Source of the DNA: Nitrospirales bacterium | Lineage (GTDB): Bacteria; Nitrospirota; Nitrospiria; Nitrospirales; UBA8639 | Length of the DNA stretch: 64,000 nucleotides | Direction: 5' to 3' | Assembly (NCBI GenBank): GCA_965203295.1 | Contig: CBDBCZ010000014.1 | Coordinates: 704,001-768,000 of the forward strand | In this document: in pieces, positions 25,482 to 40,031 of the stretch | How positions within the stretch are numbered: position 1 is the stretch's first letter | Layout: each line of letters begins with the position of its first letter | The notes under the pieces: model-generated | What the model was told of the DNA's origin: nothing | Databases searched by the model: none | Seen by the model: the letters and a program-made list of their open reading frames with translations, nothing else | Program-made: the position numbers and the translations under genes

Positions 25482-28400
25482 TGAGCAGACTGTATACTGT
25501 AAGTACATTGGGTGAGCAGAGATAGATATGTGAAGTGCTGTATTTTGATGAGCCAGCCCATTGGGAGAATAGCAACTAAAGACTCCACTCCAAATAATAA
25601 TAATATTGAGTTTTGCCATTCTGCGTTCCCCTCTTCATGCCAAACTATTATTTGCACTTTATCTTTACTACTTTTGGTAGTGTAACCATATGCTGTCTTG
25701 TCATCTCTCTAAGTAACAGTATAATAGTGAGTAATATAGAAGCCTTCAGTACTAGCGTGTATATGCAAGTCCATGTCATATTATGGCAACAGGAGCTGTT
25801 GATTAGCTATAACAAGTCTGACATTTCATGTCTGAAAACCAGCCGGACGCCTTTCCCGTACAATACACACAACTCAGCTTAGGCCAAGCTACTAAACTAC
25901 AGCTGTAGAGCCAGAGATACTATATTCCTAGAGCGGTACAGCGAAAGTGCTGACTCAGCAGTTTCGTTATGCGCCTCCAGTTAGTAGCTATGCGCCAAGA
26001 AACCAGGATATTTACGGCTACCTACCATGTTTTCACCTTCTAAGCAACACAAAACTACCTTCATTTGCTGTAGCTTGGCCTGCAAATTTCCAAACGCTGC
26101 TATACACTGCAGTTGCATAGTAACGTATGACGTAATATAATGCGCACGTGATAAGTGCGGACGCACAAACAGACAAACAAACAAACAAACAAACAAACAG
26201 ACGCGGAAAACGTAAAGCAATCTTAGTACCAGCCGTTCGTGCGCTGCGCGCGCTCCGGCTGGTGAAAAAGAGATCGGTAAGTTGACACATTCACATTAAT
26301 TACCCTAAGGTGTTGTCTACCTTTCACACCTTATAAGTTGATGTCATTTTAAATTAAGGCTTAATTGCGTTTTCGTGAAAGTCTATTCACAATCGAATTT
26401 TCATCATCATTCATAATGACCTTTTTAAACCTGGTCCTTTTCTAAGATATATAGATATTTACAAAATGTAAACATGTAAATTGGAGTTAACACACCAGGG
26501 TAGACTAAGTATTCCACCAATTTGGGATCAGCGAGGACACGTACCATCACGCATGCGCAGTTGTACAGTTGTTTCTACTCACCCGTAACCTTTACACTTG
26601 GGAGTGTGGTTGACTAGATAAATAATGCATTGTAGGAATATTTTATGGTTTTCAAAGGCTCCAATTTGTTCAAAGCATTATAAATACATTGTATAGGAAA
26701 TAGTCTTCATAGGCTAGCCAATGTGTCCACAGCATACGTAGTTTGGGTGGACATAAGGAATGTATAAATCGGCCAATTAAATGAAAACTCTCGAGGTTGC
26801 ACTGCACTATTGATGCCAATGTGCGGTATCACAGTATATGATGTACGTATTAGGTTTCACAAAATATTGCTACTTGTGACTCTGTAATAGGTAACTCACA
26901 AGCAAAATCCCTTGCCTAGAAAATATCTTAAATCCATTCACAATCTTCTCTTTTTACTACAGATTCAGGGCTTGACAAAGAATTTAAAGAAAACGACTGA
27001 AACAAGAAGGTATGTTCCCTTTGTACATCCGCCCATAAACAGGGCAGTGACAAAGTGACTGTAAGGTTTTTATGTTTTCCGAGAAAGTGCTTAAAGAATG
27101 CTAGATGAATTCTACACTATACTAGAAGAAGAAAAGCCAGGTTTTTTCTGCAGACTTTGGGATGAAAGAGTAAACACTCGCTTTTCTGAAATAGAAAACG
27201 AGCCTCAGTCTCTTACATATAAAGATATTGATGAAAGAGTTTGGCAACAGATATATAAGGAATGCGAAGAAACACTGCAACAGTTGTCAAGCCTTAAGCT
27301 ATCTCTCCAAAATGTGAATTGCTACTTTTTTGAACAGTATGATGGAAAGAAGCATTTAGAGAATGATTTGACGAAACACTGTATTGCCATGAATAGATGT
27401 AATGAATTAAAACCTTCAGACAATAAACTACCTGCCTTTGAAATTCAATGTATTGCTGATGCAGTTGCTCCTATTAAATTATATAAGTAATGTATCTTTG
27501 TCATTATGCTACAGCAGCTGAAGCAATTATTAAGTTGGTGGCACTTTTGGGTTGACTGGTGACTTTACTGTTGTGGAAACGCTGTCAAAAGCTGTAAGCA
27601 ACTATGGCTACATAATTTAGGCAGTTTATAACTACCATCTACATGAGTTGCCGCTTACGTGTACATCCAGATTTCTTCTTACATTATTTCCAACAAAATT
27701 GTGGTGCCTATTATTCTCAAATTATTCTGGGAATGATTTGCCAAGGCCTATCAGTGTGTCCATACCACTAAGTACAGAGACCACATGCCTGTATAATGAG
27801 ACTTCAAGGTAATGAATGAGTATGGAACATGGCTGTAGCGGTTACATAACTGTCTGCAGGCATATGTTATAGTCCTGTACAGTCGTGTAGAAGTGAGCAA
27901 GACTGACTGAAGTTATAAATAGGCAAACAGCCACTTTCTAGAAGCTGTAGCATAGCTGCGGACACCGTGAGTCCAGTCCAGTGCGAACTGTTGAGTCCAG
28001 TCCACCAGTCCAGTCCAGCTACATATTGTAGACACCCCTTGCAACATGGCTGTAGCGGTTACATAACTGTGTGCTGGCATATGTCCTAACTTGAAGTCTC
28101 ATTATATATACATGTGACATTATAGTCCTGTACCTCGCTGTACAGCCGTGTAGAAGTGAGCAAGACTGACTAAAGTTATAACTAGGCAAACAGCCACTTT
28201 CTAGCAGCTGTAGTATAGCTGTGGACACCGTGAGTTCAGTCCAGTGCGATCCATTTCTGTTGAGTCCAGTCATCTGTATAGGTAGATCGTGTCCATACGA
28301 TGCCTGGGTAAGTCTTGTCATCCGTGCTATACCAAGTCCTGTATTAGAAAACCCTTTCTTCCTGGCTGTTTTGGCATTTAAATTCGTCTGCTTTTTTGGC

Positions 28401-31379
28401 TGTTATACATTTTGTTGTAACTGCCACAGGCTCGAATTCAGCTCACATACAATTTTGAATGTAAGGTGCTACAATAGCCCTCTTGATAGGTAAATAAAGT
28501 ATACTAACACACTTTCCACACCGTACATTGATTCTTGGCTGTGCATTATTTGTGCAAACTGGCATGTGGACAACACACGATTGCCAGCATAATAAAAACA
28601 ACTCATCTTTTCTCCAGCGCCTGTATAAGTTAAACAAAAGTTAAACTACTCCCAGGTCACAAATGTATCTGTAGTTATTCATCTGTCCATACTTTGCATA
28701 CTTGGTATTGTGGTTGCCTACTCGATAGTACTATACATAAGCTACTATACAATACACTATTCCTGTAGGAATCTTTCCTCACGTTATTTATCACAATTTA
28801 CGGTGACTCATGGAAGTGGAACGGAGGAACTTCAAGAATTGGGTGAGGCACTGAAAGAAATTTCTTACCCAGCATTGGAGCTAGAAAAGAAAGGTAAGAA
28901 TAACATGGCATTTGTAATTCAGTCAGTAAACAAACTGTGCCCTATAAGAATACACATGTGTATATTAAATTTTAATGATATTCCTTAGATATACTTGAAC
29001 GTAGGAGGACAGGAATCTAGTTTACAACCATCGATGGACAGCACAGTCTTATTGTAGTGAAGAAAGGTACGTCACCCGGTTAAAGGAGTGTTATGTGTAT
29101 CTGTATATTAAGTAAAGTGTTTTTATAAATACAGAGGAAGTCTGGAAAGCAGTGCTGTATCTGTACATGAAAGACTCTTCTTTACCACTGCCTACATTTG
29201 AAGAGTTCTAATCTGCACGCCCTCAACAACAACTGAAGGGGTTAGCTTTTTTCTAATCGATAATGTGGTTCAAGATAATAAATAAGTATCACAAAAGTTG
29301 TACTGAAGAAACATATATTTCAGTTCATACTATTCTATTGTATTTCAAAGGCACAATCTTGATCATTATATTTTGTCCATATTATGCTAGTGTAATTTTG
29401 AGCATAGTAGGTGTGGCTTGGCATAGGGGAATTATGCCAGCATACAAGGTGAATAAATACCTGTACCTGCAATAACCGGTGGTTTATTAGCTGATTCTTT
29501 CAACAATCACCAACAACAGTGCCTGGAAGACTACATTAAAGCTTCTATTATGTTACAACAACAGCTGACTTTTGTTTGTAGTTGTGTTGACTATTGCATT
29601 TTGGCATGATGTGCATCGTGCACATTTCCAAAGTGTTTTTGTGTTCCGAATTGTGTAGCATACTGAGTAATTGAAATATACGTAATGGAGGTATAATAGG
29701 AATTTTTCATTGTACATCCAGTTGATTCACTTATTGCTTACCACTCTTACAATCCCAAAAGCTGCTAATAGAATGCAGTTGCGTACGTTGTGTATTATTA
29801 ATGTGCGATGTTTTTATAATGCAGAGATGATATGTACACCGACCAATGCGCAAGCAACAAACACAGAAAATGCCATAAAAAAACATGGGAAAAACCGTTT
29901 GTGCACTTTGCATGCACCCAGCTTTTAAAAAGTAGTCACTACAAGTGATTCTTGTGGGTAGTGTATTATCACTTTAACACTGTTTTCCTGATAAAACATG
30001 TTCTAAAATTTGTAGGGGTATGCCTTCTAATGTGAGCTACGTATATTAGCCTCATTCCCACCGTTTATCTCACTTTTCTCCCCAGCGGCAAGGGTGGGAA
30101 ATACTGGGAACAAGGCTAAGCTATATAACCATACAGAAACAGCAGTACTGACTGAACTAGTGAGGCTTGGATGAGTGTTTCTCACAAATGACTATTGTTT
30201 ATTGTGCAACACCCTTACACAAGTATTCTTTTCATATTTTAATATACCCATCCCGCCTATATGTACTTGATAGTACTGTTACTTTCGATAGGTCACACTA
30301 CTGTGGCGGCGGGCTGTCAGTGATCCAGAAAAGAAGCGAATCTTTTGTCTAGTACATGCTGAGAAGCTTTCCTATATCAAGTTTGTGATGAAGACCTCAG
30401 AGAACGTGATATCATCACACAAGGATGTCCTGGTACGTTAGTGTAACAAAGCAACTACAATTTCTGTAAACACACCAGAAAACAAGTTGTACTATATACT
30501 GTGTGGGTGGTTCCAAGGTGGTCACGTGCACTGTCAGGAGTGGTGAGAATTGCACATTTTTGCAGCATAGGGAGTAATAATCATGGGGTACTTTTCCACG
30601 AGGTTTAATTGCATCAGCCTGCAGAGAATAAATACAGAGTTACCTGTGTGTGTTTACAGAAATTGTAGTGCTTACCTTGATTTAGTTTTCCTTTTCTCAA
30701 ACATTTAGTTTCACTCTACACTTGTCATAAGGATGATCGTACTTATGAGGATCTGTCTTCATATTGATAAATATACATACACTCACTTGCAAGGAACCTA
30801 GAGGTCATATGGGAAGCTCAGACTGTTGACTTCTTTCTATTACATTCAGAAGAGTCATTCTAAGGTCTCTGCATTTTCGTAATGTAATAGATTGTTCCCC
30901 ATTTTTGTAAAAACAACAAAAGTGACCCTTAGTACTACACGAGTTCACTTAGAAAGCACCAAACTATAGCAAATGTACGTATGAAAGTCGACACTCTAAC
31001 TTGGTAGTAAGACAAAGAAATGTAGCGGACTATTATTGATAGCTAGTTATACACAAAGATTCAGCTTTGCACATGTACTCTACTTTGATAATACTGCTTT
31101 TTACAACAAATTCACTTTTATTCGCTGGCAGTCAATAGCTGTCAAAATACAGCAGGTACCTTTTCGCCAGGAAGTGACCACGTGCGCTAATAGTGGAATG
31201 CAATTAACTCTGTTGGCTGATAAAACGTCTTGGGCAGAGAGGAGCAATAATAGCCGTTCCATGGATGATCTTGTGTAGGTTTAGCAGTTTTCTGATTTGT
31301 AAAACTGTAAATGTCTCTATATACTTAGCTATTACCAAAGATACACTTTACAATCCAGACGGAGGCCACCTCAACTGTC

Positions 31380-32455
31380 TTGAGTAGACTCTGTGTAAGC
31401 CAGTCTGGAGTTTTAGTATGTAAGCTGTGTTTCTGTACAGTAGTCTTTGTTAGTCAGTCTGGAGGTTCAGTATTCAAGCCGTTTTTCGATACAGCAATAC
31501 TCTCTGTCATTTAGTTAGTATAGAGTTTTAGTATTTGAGTCATGGTTCTGTACTGCGTTGGTCTCTGTCTGTCAGTTGGTCTGGAGGTTTAGTATTTAAG
31601 TCGTGTTACCCTACTGCATTAGATGTTGGACTTTTACAATATAAGTTGTGTTTCTGTGCTATAGTAGTCACGGTCTGTCAGTTAGTCTGAAGTTTTAGTA
31701 TTTAACGTGTTTTTGTACCGCATTAGTCTCTATCTGGTAGTTAGTTAGAGTTTTAGTATTTAAGCTGAATTTTTGAACTACATTAGTTTCTGTCAGATAG
31801 TCAGGAGTTTTATCCATGCTTTCGTACCGTATGTCACTCTGTCTGTTATTCAGTCTGGAGTTTTTGTATAAAAGGCATGGTTCTATACTGCTTTAGTTTC
31901 TATGTGTTGGGTAGTCTCGAGTTTAAGCTGTGTATCTCGACTGCATTAGTCTGCGTCAGTTAGTCCTAAGTTTTAGTCGTGCTTCTGTACTGCATTGGAC
32001 TCTGTCTGTTAGTTTGTCTGTAGTTTTAGCATTTAGACCGTGTTTTCGTACTGCATTAGCCTCTCACTGTTGGTAAGTTTAGGGATTTAGCCATGTTTTT
32101 GTACTGCATTAGGTGATATCTGTTAGTTAGTCTAGTTTAGTATTAGGGGAATGCAGAGTATTGTAGGGCGAGCGTGAGCGAGCCTTTGAAATAAATGTGG
32201 GAGTGCATTTGCGCATTTATGGTATGTAGGACTGTGCATTTTTTATGCACACACGCATGTACGGACGGACAAAATCACCATTCACAGCATTAAGGGGGAG
32301 CTCGCTCGCGCTCACCCCAATTAAAGTCGTGTTTAGGTAATGCATTGGTCTCTGTCAGTTAGTCTTACATTTTAGTATTTAAGCCGTGTTTCTCTACTAC
32401 ATTTTTCTCTGTTAGTTATTGTGGTTATTTATTTTTAGGTCGTGTTTTTGTACTG
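31380..32455 (+). repeat. Degenerate minisatellite, about 55-60-bp unit, interrupted by a MITE at about 32150-32320
   Basis: Repeated gtactgcattagtctctgtc..gttagtctggagttttagtatttaagccgtgttt. Confidence 0.85.
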
Positions 32456-32459
32456 CTAG

Positions 32460-32773
32460 CTATGCAGTTTGGCTGGATTTACCCGACTGAATGTAATAGG
32501 AAGCAGTCTACAACCAAACCTTCCCACATAAGCTGGTTTACAAGTGATTTCGGCATTATATGGTTGCTCTGGCCTAGCTGGTGCTTAATATGGGCACATG
32601 TGTAGCACTCTGGGTAGCTTTTGTAGATTTAACAAAACAAAGTGAACAATTTATTCAATTACAAACGTACCACTACCTTGAATTGACTCTATTGAATGCT
32701 ATAAGAAGATTCGCCTATGACTGAGCTTCCCACATGAGCTGTTATTAGGTGATTTATGCATTATATGCCAGCT
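32460..32773 (+). repeat. About 180-205-bp satellite, segment 1
   Basis: ctacctt.gattgactctactgaatgtaataggaagcagtct...cttcccacatgagctgg motif; closely matches 47270-47565. Confidence 0.75.
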
Positions 32774-33259
32774 TAGTCTCGTGCCCAGACCGTCGCTCCA
32801 CCCTCGCTCAGACAGTCTGGCTCGCTAAGTCGAATTTTTTGGGTTTATGGGCGGAGCAACAAGCACGTTAATTAAATATTAGAAGTTTGAAATGCTTGTA
32901 TAAAGGCTTACAGTCAAACAGCATTCTCTCTATGAGCTCTCCTGTGTAATCGATCATGTAGAAAGCAACTCTTTGCAAAGTCACAGTACATGTAGAGTCT
33001 TGCTTTATCCGCAGAAATACCTTGGGTTGATTTTCAACTAGCCCTTCTCTAATCAAGACTGTAGTTGTTAAAACTTCTAAGCAGCATAAACAACCGCGTC
33101 AACTGCTACTTCGTTCAAACCACTGCCAAATCTTGACTCAAACATCGCCATTTTATCGTTCCGTAATAGCATTCCAGAACGTAATAATTACAAATCCTGC
33201 GATCTCATTGGTCCTTACCACATTCCGGGAATAAGCCCAAGGAATTTAACTTCACATTC

Positions 33260-35120
33260 ATCCCCACATAACTTACACTGCCTATCATCATTTTTACCCC
33301 GATGTCTTCCTATCTTCATTCAGACCATTAGTACCAGACCTAAACTTAAACAACTATCGTGTTCCTGGATCCCCAACCCCCTGCAAGTAATTTTTAAATT
33401 CTATTTCCTTACAAAAAGGCTAGTAAAGACTAAGTTTAATTTTACTATTTAAGCCATCATTAAAGTCTTTATATTCTCTGCATCTCAATGCTTCATCTAC
33501 TCTCTCTAAAAACAAGTTTGCATTATAACCTTCACTAGTATTTCCTGACTGTCTAGATTTAACTACAGCGACAATTCACTATTACTTTCCTCCGAGTCTT
33601 CCTCTGCCTACCCCTGCACGGCTTCACCTCCCACTCACTGTCTAGTAGTAGTCTAGGATATCTCTCAGTATTCAAATTATTAACTTTATACCACCACTTA
33701 AGTTTGCATCTACCCTCCTGCCTTTCAAAGATTCTAACCCCATATCCCCCCTTTCTGCTTCACTACACTTTTTAGAAGAGCAACCAAGCATCTTTTTAGC
33801 TGCTCCTAGCTGAATAGATTCCAAGGAAGCTGTCTGCCTTTTATTACAAGCCCACACTTCACTACCATAATCTGAAATAGGGCGAAGTACCGAAACTAAC
33901 AATAACCTTCTTGCAACTGTACTGATATTTCAACAGATTACCCGGGTCCTCAGCATCACCTTTCTTATACAAGCTAACAATTAACCCTTGACTCCATTGT
34001 TTAGGAATACTCTCCTCTATCCAAACTACCCCATACAAGGCTTTCAACAGATTAGCCGTCCCTTTGCCACCGTTCTTAAAAAGCTCCCCATCATAACCTC
34101 CTGTTTTATTATTCTTTAGGCTTTTAGAACACTTTTTAATTTCTGCATAACTAATCCCTCTATCCAAAACCTTATCCTTCTGCGAACTAGATATTTCACT
34201 ATACTCTGTCACTTTCTTTTCTATGTGCTCTTTCCAACTATAATCAAACTGATCATCCACAGAAGCTGTACCCAACCTTTCATAATGCTCACATAATACT
34301 TCCAACTTTCCCTTAGTACTGGTTACACATGAACCCGAAGTACTCCTCAAAGAAGCAATACCCTTACGACTACCTATTGAAGTCCTGCCAACAAATGCCC
34401 AGAACTCGATCTTTCCTGTTTTCATAAAAATCTTTATTAGCCTTTTCAATCACCTCATTCCAACTATCTAATTTTTTTCTTACATACCAATTCCTTGATT
34501 TCTGACCGTAATTTGTAATACTCCCCCCATTTCTCTTCCCTGCCACTGCTAATCTCCTTATAAACCTGTCTCCTCAACCTAATCTTCTCTTTAATCTCAG
34601 CATCTCACCACCTCGCTGCTTTGCCACACACTATCACCTTTTCCCCAATTTCTTTTGATGCTACCCTCTTGACTGTCTCTTCCCAACCCTGAACCACTGC
34701 CTTCACTAATTCTGATCCCCTCAACCCCAGTCTTCCATTGACGTACCCTTCCTTTAAACCCATCTACTTCTACACTTAAGGCTTCCTGATACTTCTGTCG
34801 CACTTCCTCGTCCTGAAACCGTTCAATGCGCCATTTCTTAATCACCCGCTTCTGTTGTTTAGTGGTTTTTACAGTTGTCCTACCCAATTCCATCCATACC
34901 AGAAAGTGATCCGATTTTCCTATATCCACTGTGTCTAACTGCACACTCCCTGAAACCTGCAACAAGTTGGAATCAGTAACTATATAATCAATGATAGACT
35001 TCTGCTTCAGAGAAGGTCTAGCTCTAGTCCACTGTGGTTCCACAGTGAACTCGCGGCCATTACAGACTACAAGCTCAACCTCATTTAAAAAGGAAATCAA
35101 CCTGTTACCACTCGCATTAG
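33260..35120 (-). mobile_element. Second decayed copy of the same LINE, with an internal deletion removing most of the RT
   Basis: Colinear with 14995-17420; shares the same frameshift and stop lesions. Confidence 0.9.
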
Positions 35121-35707
35121 TATGTAGTTTTTGTAGAAAAGAAAAAATTATCAACATGCATCCACCTTGCATTGATCTACTGAATGTAAAAGGAAGCAGT
35201 CTAAAGGCTGGGTTAACACAAGCTGGTTGATAGGGGATGTTTGCATTATTATGCTTGCTATGGCTTGGTGGTTTCTTTGGGAACATCTGTAGTACGTAGT
35301 TTTTGTGAACGGAAACGAAACTAATTATATTAGAAAAATGCAGCTACCTTAGATTGACTCTACTGAATGTAATAGGAAGCAGTCTACTACCTGGGCTTCC
35401 CACATGATGTGGTTATTAAGTGATTTCTGCATCTATGGTTTGGGGCTTTCTATGGTAATATATGTAACTTTAGTAGTTTTTATGAAAGAAAGGGAACACG
35501 TTATTAAATTTCAAATGTGCAGCTACCTTAGATTGACTTTAGTAACTGTAATAGAAAGCATTGAGTTTTCTGTGTGGACTGGTTTTTAGGTGTTTTCTGC
35601 AAATCATGGTTGCTATGGTTTGGTGCTTACTAAGTGGTACTAAGGGTCACTTTAGTTGTTTTTGCAAAAAAGGAGAACAGTTTATTACATTACGAACATG
35701 CAGCTAT
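35121..35707 (+). repeat. About 180-205-bp satellite, segment 2
   Basis: Units with cagctaccttagattgact at about 35341 and 35520. Confidence 0.75.
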
Positions 35708-38700
35708 GCTTCTCTGAAATACAAAACGACCCTCAGTCTCTTACATATTATAAAGATATTGATGAAAGAATTTGGCAACAGATATATAAGGAATGCAAAG
35801 AAACCCTGCAGTAGTTGTCAAACCATCTCTCCAAAATGTGAAATGCTACTTTTTTGAACAGTATGATGGAAAGAAGCATTTAGAGAATGATTTGACGAAA
35901 CTCTGTATTGCCATGAATAGATGTAATGAATTAAAACCTTCAGACAATAAACTACCTGCCTTTGAATTTCAATGGATTGCTGATGCAGTTGCTTGTATTG
36001 AATTATATAAGCATCTTTGTCAGTATGCTACAGCAGCTGAAGCAATTATTAAGTTACATGGCACACTTGGGTTGACTGGTGACTTTACTGTTGTGAAAAC
36101 ACTGTCAAAAGCTGTAAGCAACTATGGCCACATAATTTAGGTAGTTTATAACTACCATCTACATGAGTTGCCACGTACATGTACATCCAGATTTCTTCTC
36201 ACATTATTCCCAACAAAATTGTGGTGCCCATTATTCTCAAATTATTCTGGGACTGATTTGTCAAGGCCTATCAGTGTGTCCATACCACTAAGTGTACATC
36301 AGAGGCCACATTCCAGTATAATGAGACTTCAAGCTAATGAATGAGTATGGAACATGGCTGTAGCGTACATAACTGTCTGCAGGCATATGTCCTAACTGAA
36401 AGTCTCATTATATATACATGTGAAATTATAGTCCTGTACCTCGCTGTACAGTCGTGTAGAAGTGAGCAAGACTGACTGAAGTTATAACTAGGCAAACAGC
36501 CACTTTCTAGCAGCTGTAGTATAGCTGTGGACACCGTGAGTCCAGTCCAGTGCGATCCATTTCTGTTGAGTCCAGTCCACCAGTCCAGGTAGATTGTGTC
36601 CATACGATGCCTGGGTAACGCTATCATTGCTGTATTAGAAAACCCTTTCTTCATGGCTGTTTGAGCATTTAAATTTTGACTGCTTTTTTTGGCTGTTATA
36701 CATTTTGTTGTAACTGCCACAGGCTCGAATTCAGCTCAAATACAATTTTGAATGTAAGGTGCTACAATAGCCCTCTTGATAGGTAAATAAAGTATACTAA
36801 CACAGTTTCCACACCGTACATTGATTGGCTGTGCAACATTTGTGCAAACTGTCATGTGGACAACACATGATTGCCAGCACAATAAAAACAACTCATCTCT
36901 TCTCCAGCGCTTGTATAAGTCTAAAAAAATTAAACTACACCCAGGTCACAATTGTATCTGTAGTTACTCACCTGTATATACTTTGCATACTTGGTATTGT
37001 GGTTGCCTACGCGATAGTACTATACATAAGCTACTATACAATACACTATTCCTGTAGGAATCTTTCCTCACGTTATTTATCACAATTTACAGTGACTCAT
37101 GGAAGTGGAACTGAGAAATATTTGGAACTTCAAGAATTGGGTGAGGCACTGAAAGAAATTTCCTACCCAGCATTGGAGAAAGGTAATAAAAACATGGTAT
37201 TTGTAATTCAGTCAGTAAACAACTGTGCACTATACAAATACACAATCATGTATTATTTTAATGATATTCCTTAGATATACTCGAACGTAGGAGGACAGGA
37301 ATCAAGTTTACAACCATCGATGGACAGCACAATCCAATCTTATTGTAGTGATGAAATTAAGGTACGTCACCCGGTTAAAGGAGTGTTATGTGTATCTGTG
37401 TATTAAGTAAAGTGTTTTTGTAAATACAGAGGAAGTCTGGAAAGCAGTGCTGTATCTGTATATGAAAGACTCTTCTTTACCACTGCCTACATTTGAAGAG
37501 GCTCTAATCTGCACGCCCTCAACAACAACTGAAGAGGTTAGCTTTTTTCTAATCAATAATGTGGTTCAAGATAATAAATAACTATCATAAAAGTTGTCCT
37601 GAAGATGATGTTCATACTATTCTGTTGTATTTCCAAGATTGTACCTCGATCATTATATTTTCAAAGAGGGAGACACCAATCATTCTTTCCCTTACCTGCA
37701 TGCCATACTAATCAGTGTATACTGACAATCGTACCTAGGAGAGCATGCTAGCCACATTCCCAGGTGCTCAGAAAAGGAGCACCAGGTATCTAGACTTCAC
37801 ACATACGTACATTGGAATCATGAAGAAATGTCCTCATGAATGATTTGAGTCACATGGCAAGGAATTGGCATGGTGGCAGTATTCAAGTGGAAGAACTAGT
37901 ATGTACCTGACATTTGGGATTAAAACGGTTTTCCAAGTCGGCTTGTCCACATTATGCTAGTGTAATTTTGAGCATAGTAGGTGGGACTTGGCATAGGGGA
38001 ATTATGCCAGCATACAAAAGTGAATAAATACCTGTACCTGTAATAACCGGTGGTTTATTAGCTGATTCTTTCAACAATCACCGACAACAGTGCCTGGAAG
38101 ACTACATTAAAGCTTCTATTATGTTACAACAACAACTGACTTTTATTACCCCTCGCGCATATGCGCAAGCGGGGTTAAGTAATCGGTTTTGTCCGTCTGT
38201 CGTTGTCGTCATCGTTGTCGTCGTCTGTCATAAAAAGTTTTGAAGAAACCTTTGAACGGGTGATTTACAGGCTATAACGATTTCTAAACAGAAGGTTAAC
38301 GTTGAAATCCGTGAAATATTAACTTGTCTGTACCTGATATAGTAGAAAGTGGTTTTATTCTCGGCATTTCCACGCTTTTTCTGATTATCGGTGTGTTCCA
38401 CCATTTTTTAATACAGCAATTGGTCACACCTTTTTTAATACGGCAGTTAGTCACACCTACAGCTTGAATACGGACATACGTGAGCCCTCAAGTATGGTAT
38501 ACGAGTCTTTTACTCAACATGGAGCTTAGAAAGCATACTGGAGTATACGTAGAGAAACGCCGTATCATTACTACGGCGATCAGCCACACCTACAGCTCGT
38601 ACACAGCGTTACAGTCTGCAGGGTCCAGGAGCGCGGGGTATGTCTCTGCTAGAGACCTCTAGTTTGTAGTTGTGTGGACTATTGCATTTTGGCATGATGT

Positions 38701-40031
38701 GCATCGTACACATTCCCACAGTGTTTTTGTGTTCCAAATTGTGTAGCATACTGAGCAATTGAAATATATGTAATGGAGGTATAATAGGAATTTTGCATAA
38801 TGTGGACAAGCCTGTTTCCAAGCCATTAAGAACAGTAAGTAATCCACGTAGTAGCAGTAGTCCCAGAAAATCTGGGAATTTACCATCATGTACTTCCAGT
38901 TGACTCACTTATTTACTGTTCTTGGTGGCTTGGAAAAGCCTGTTTCCAAGCCACCAAGAACAGTAAATAATCTACGTAGTAGCGGTAGTCCCATTTGATG
39001 GGATAACTTGGTCTGGTGTAGCAATAGTTCCACGTTCCTCAGGTCAGCTGTGCATGTACGTACAAACTGTGGCTACCACACCACTTTAAGATCATACACG
39101 TGGCTTGGGAAAGAGGCTACTACACGACCATTATTGCTCCACCCCACCCCAACCAACCCAAGAAAGAAACCTCAAAGAAGAAACTATTGTAAGAGTAAAA
39201 GGTGTAGATAAAATCAAACAAACAAGGTTGAAGCAACCATTGCAGTACTGCGGGAGTGTTTATGTGTATTGAACACCAATGCATGCACTAACAACCAATC
39301 AAATGTAACAGTAACTATATTGTGACTGATAGACGGACGTGTGGATGTAGTGAAGAATTGCTGTGGGTAGTATAAAACTTTAGTAACACTGTTTCCTTGT
39401 AAAACATGTTCAAAAATTGGTAGGGGTATGCCTATAAATGTGATCAACATATATTAGCCTCGTTCCCACTGTTTATCTCACTTTTCTCCCCAGCGGCAAT
39501 GGTGGGAAGGACAGGGAACAAGGCTAAGCTATATAACCATATAGTACTGTTACTATTTTTTACTATAGTACTGTTTTTATATTTTAGTATACTCATCCCA
39601 CCTATATGTACTGTTATATTCGATAGGTCACACTACTGTGGCGGCGAGCTGTCAGCGATCCAGAAAAAAGTGAATCTTTTGTCTAGTACATGCTGAGAAG
39701 CTTTCCTATCAAGTTTGTGATGAAGCCCTCAGAGAACGTGATATCATCACACAAGGATGTCCTGGTATGTTAATGTAACAAAGCAACTACAGTTTCTGGA
39801 AACACACCAGAAAACAAGTTGTACTATATACTGTGTGGGTGGTTCCAAGGTAGTCTCAGGAACCTGAGTCTGATTCCTGAGACTACGTGCCTGTGTTAGT
39901 AATAACTAAAGGCACTTACATGAAATCAAATCCCACTGAAGGCTTGCTACCTGTATGTGCACTGTCAGGAGTAGTGAGAATTGCACACTTTTTGCAGCGT
40001 AGGATTACTAGTAATTATAATCATGGGGTAC
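35708..40031 (+). pseudogene. RNF213: Segmental duplicate of the RNF213-like fragment (copy of about 27180-30591)
   Basis: Colinear with 27180-30591 including introns, e.g. EEVWKAVLYLYMKDSSLPLPTFEEALICTPSTTTEE and VTLLWRRAVSDPEK; differs by indels and a Helentron-type insertion. Confidence 0.7.
38145..38663 (+). mobile_element. Helentron-type non-autonomous element (HINE/DINE-1-like)
   Basis: 5' TTACCCC.CGCGC subterminal repeat, (gtc)n microsatellite, 3' GCGCGGGGTA plus short hairpin TCTCTgctAGAGA plus CTAGT. Absent from the paralogous site near 29570, inserted in a T-rich site without TSD. Confidence 0.75.

Larger units (their letters stand above)
21411..30432 (+). pseudogene. RNF213: RNF213 (mysterin)-like giant AAA+/E3 gene fragment, many exons with stops and frameshifts
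   Basis: Exons at about 29135-29240 (EVWKAVLYLYMKDSSLPLPTFEE.LICTPSTTTE) and about 30290-30432 (VTLLWRRA..RIFCLVHAEKLSY) resemble the RNF213 LPTYDEVLLC...LSY segment. Upstream exon-like stretches (21411-24530, 26960-28900) are assigned only by colinearity. Confidence 0.6.

Noticed and set aside
31380..32455. Regularly spaced repeats as a possible CRISPR array
   Set aside because: Whole units are degenerate copies with no unique spacers, no cas genes, eukaryotic context.
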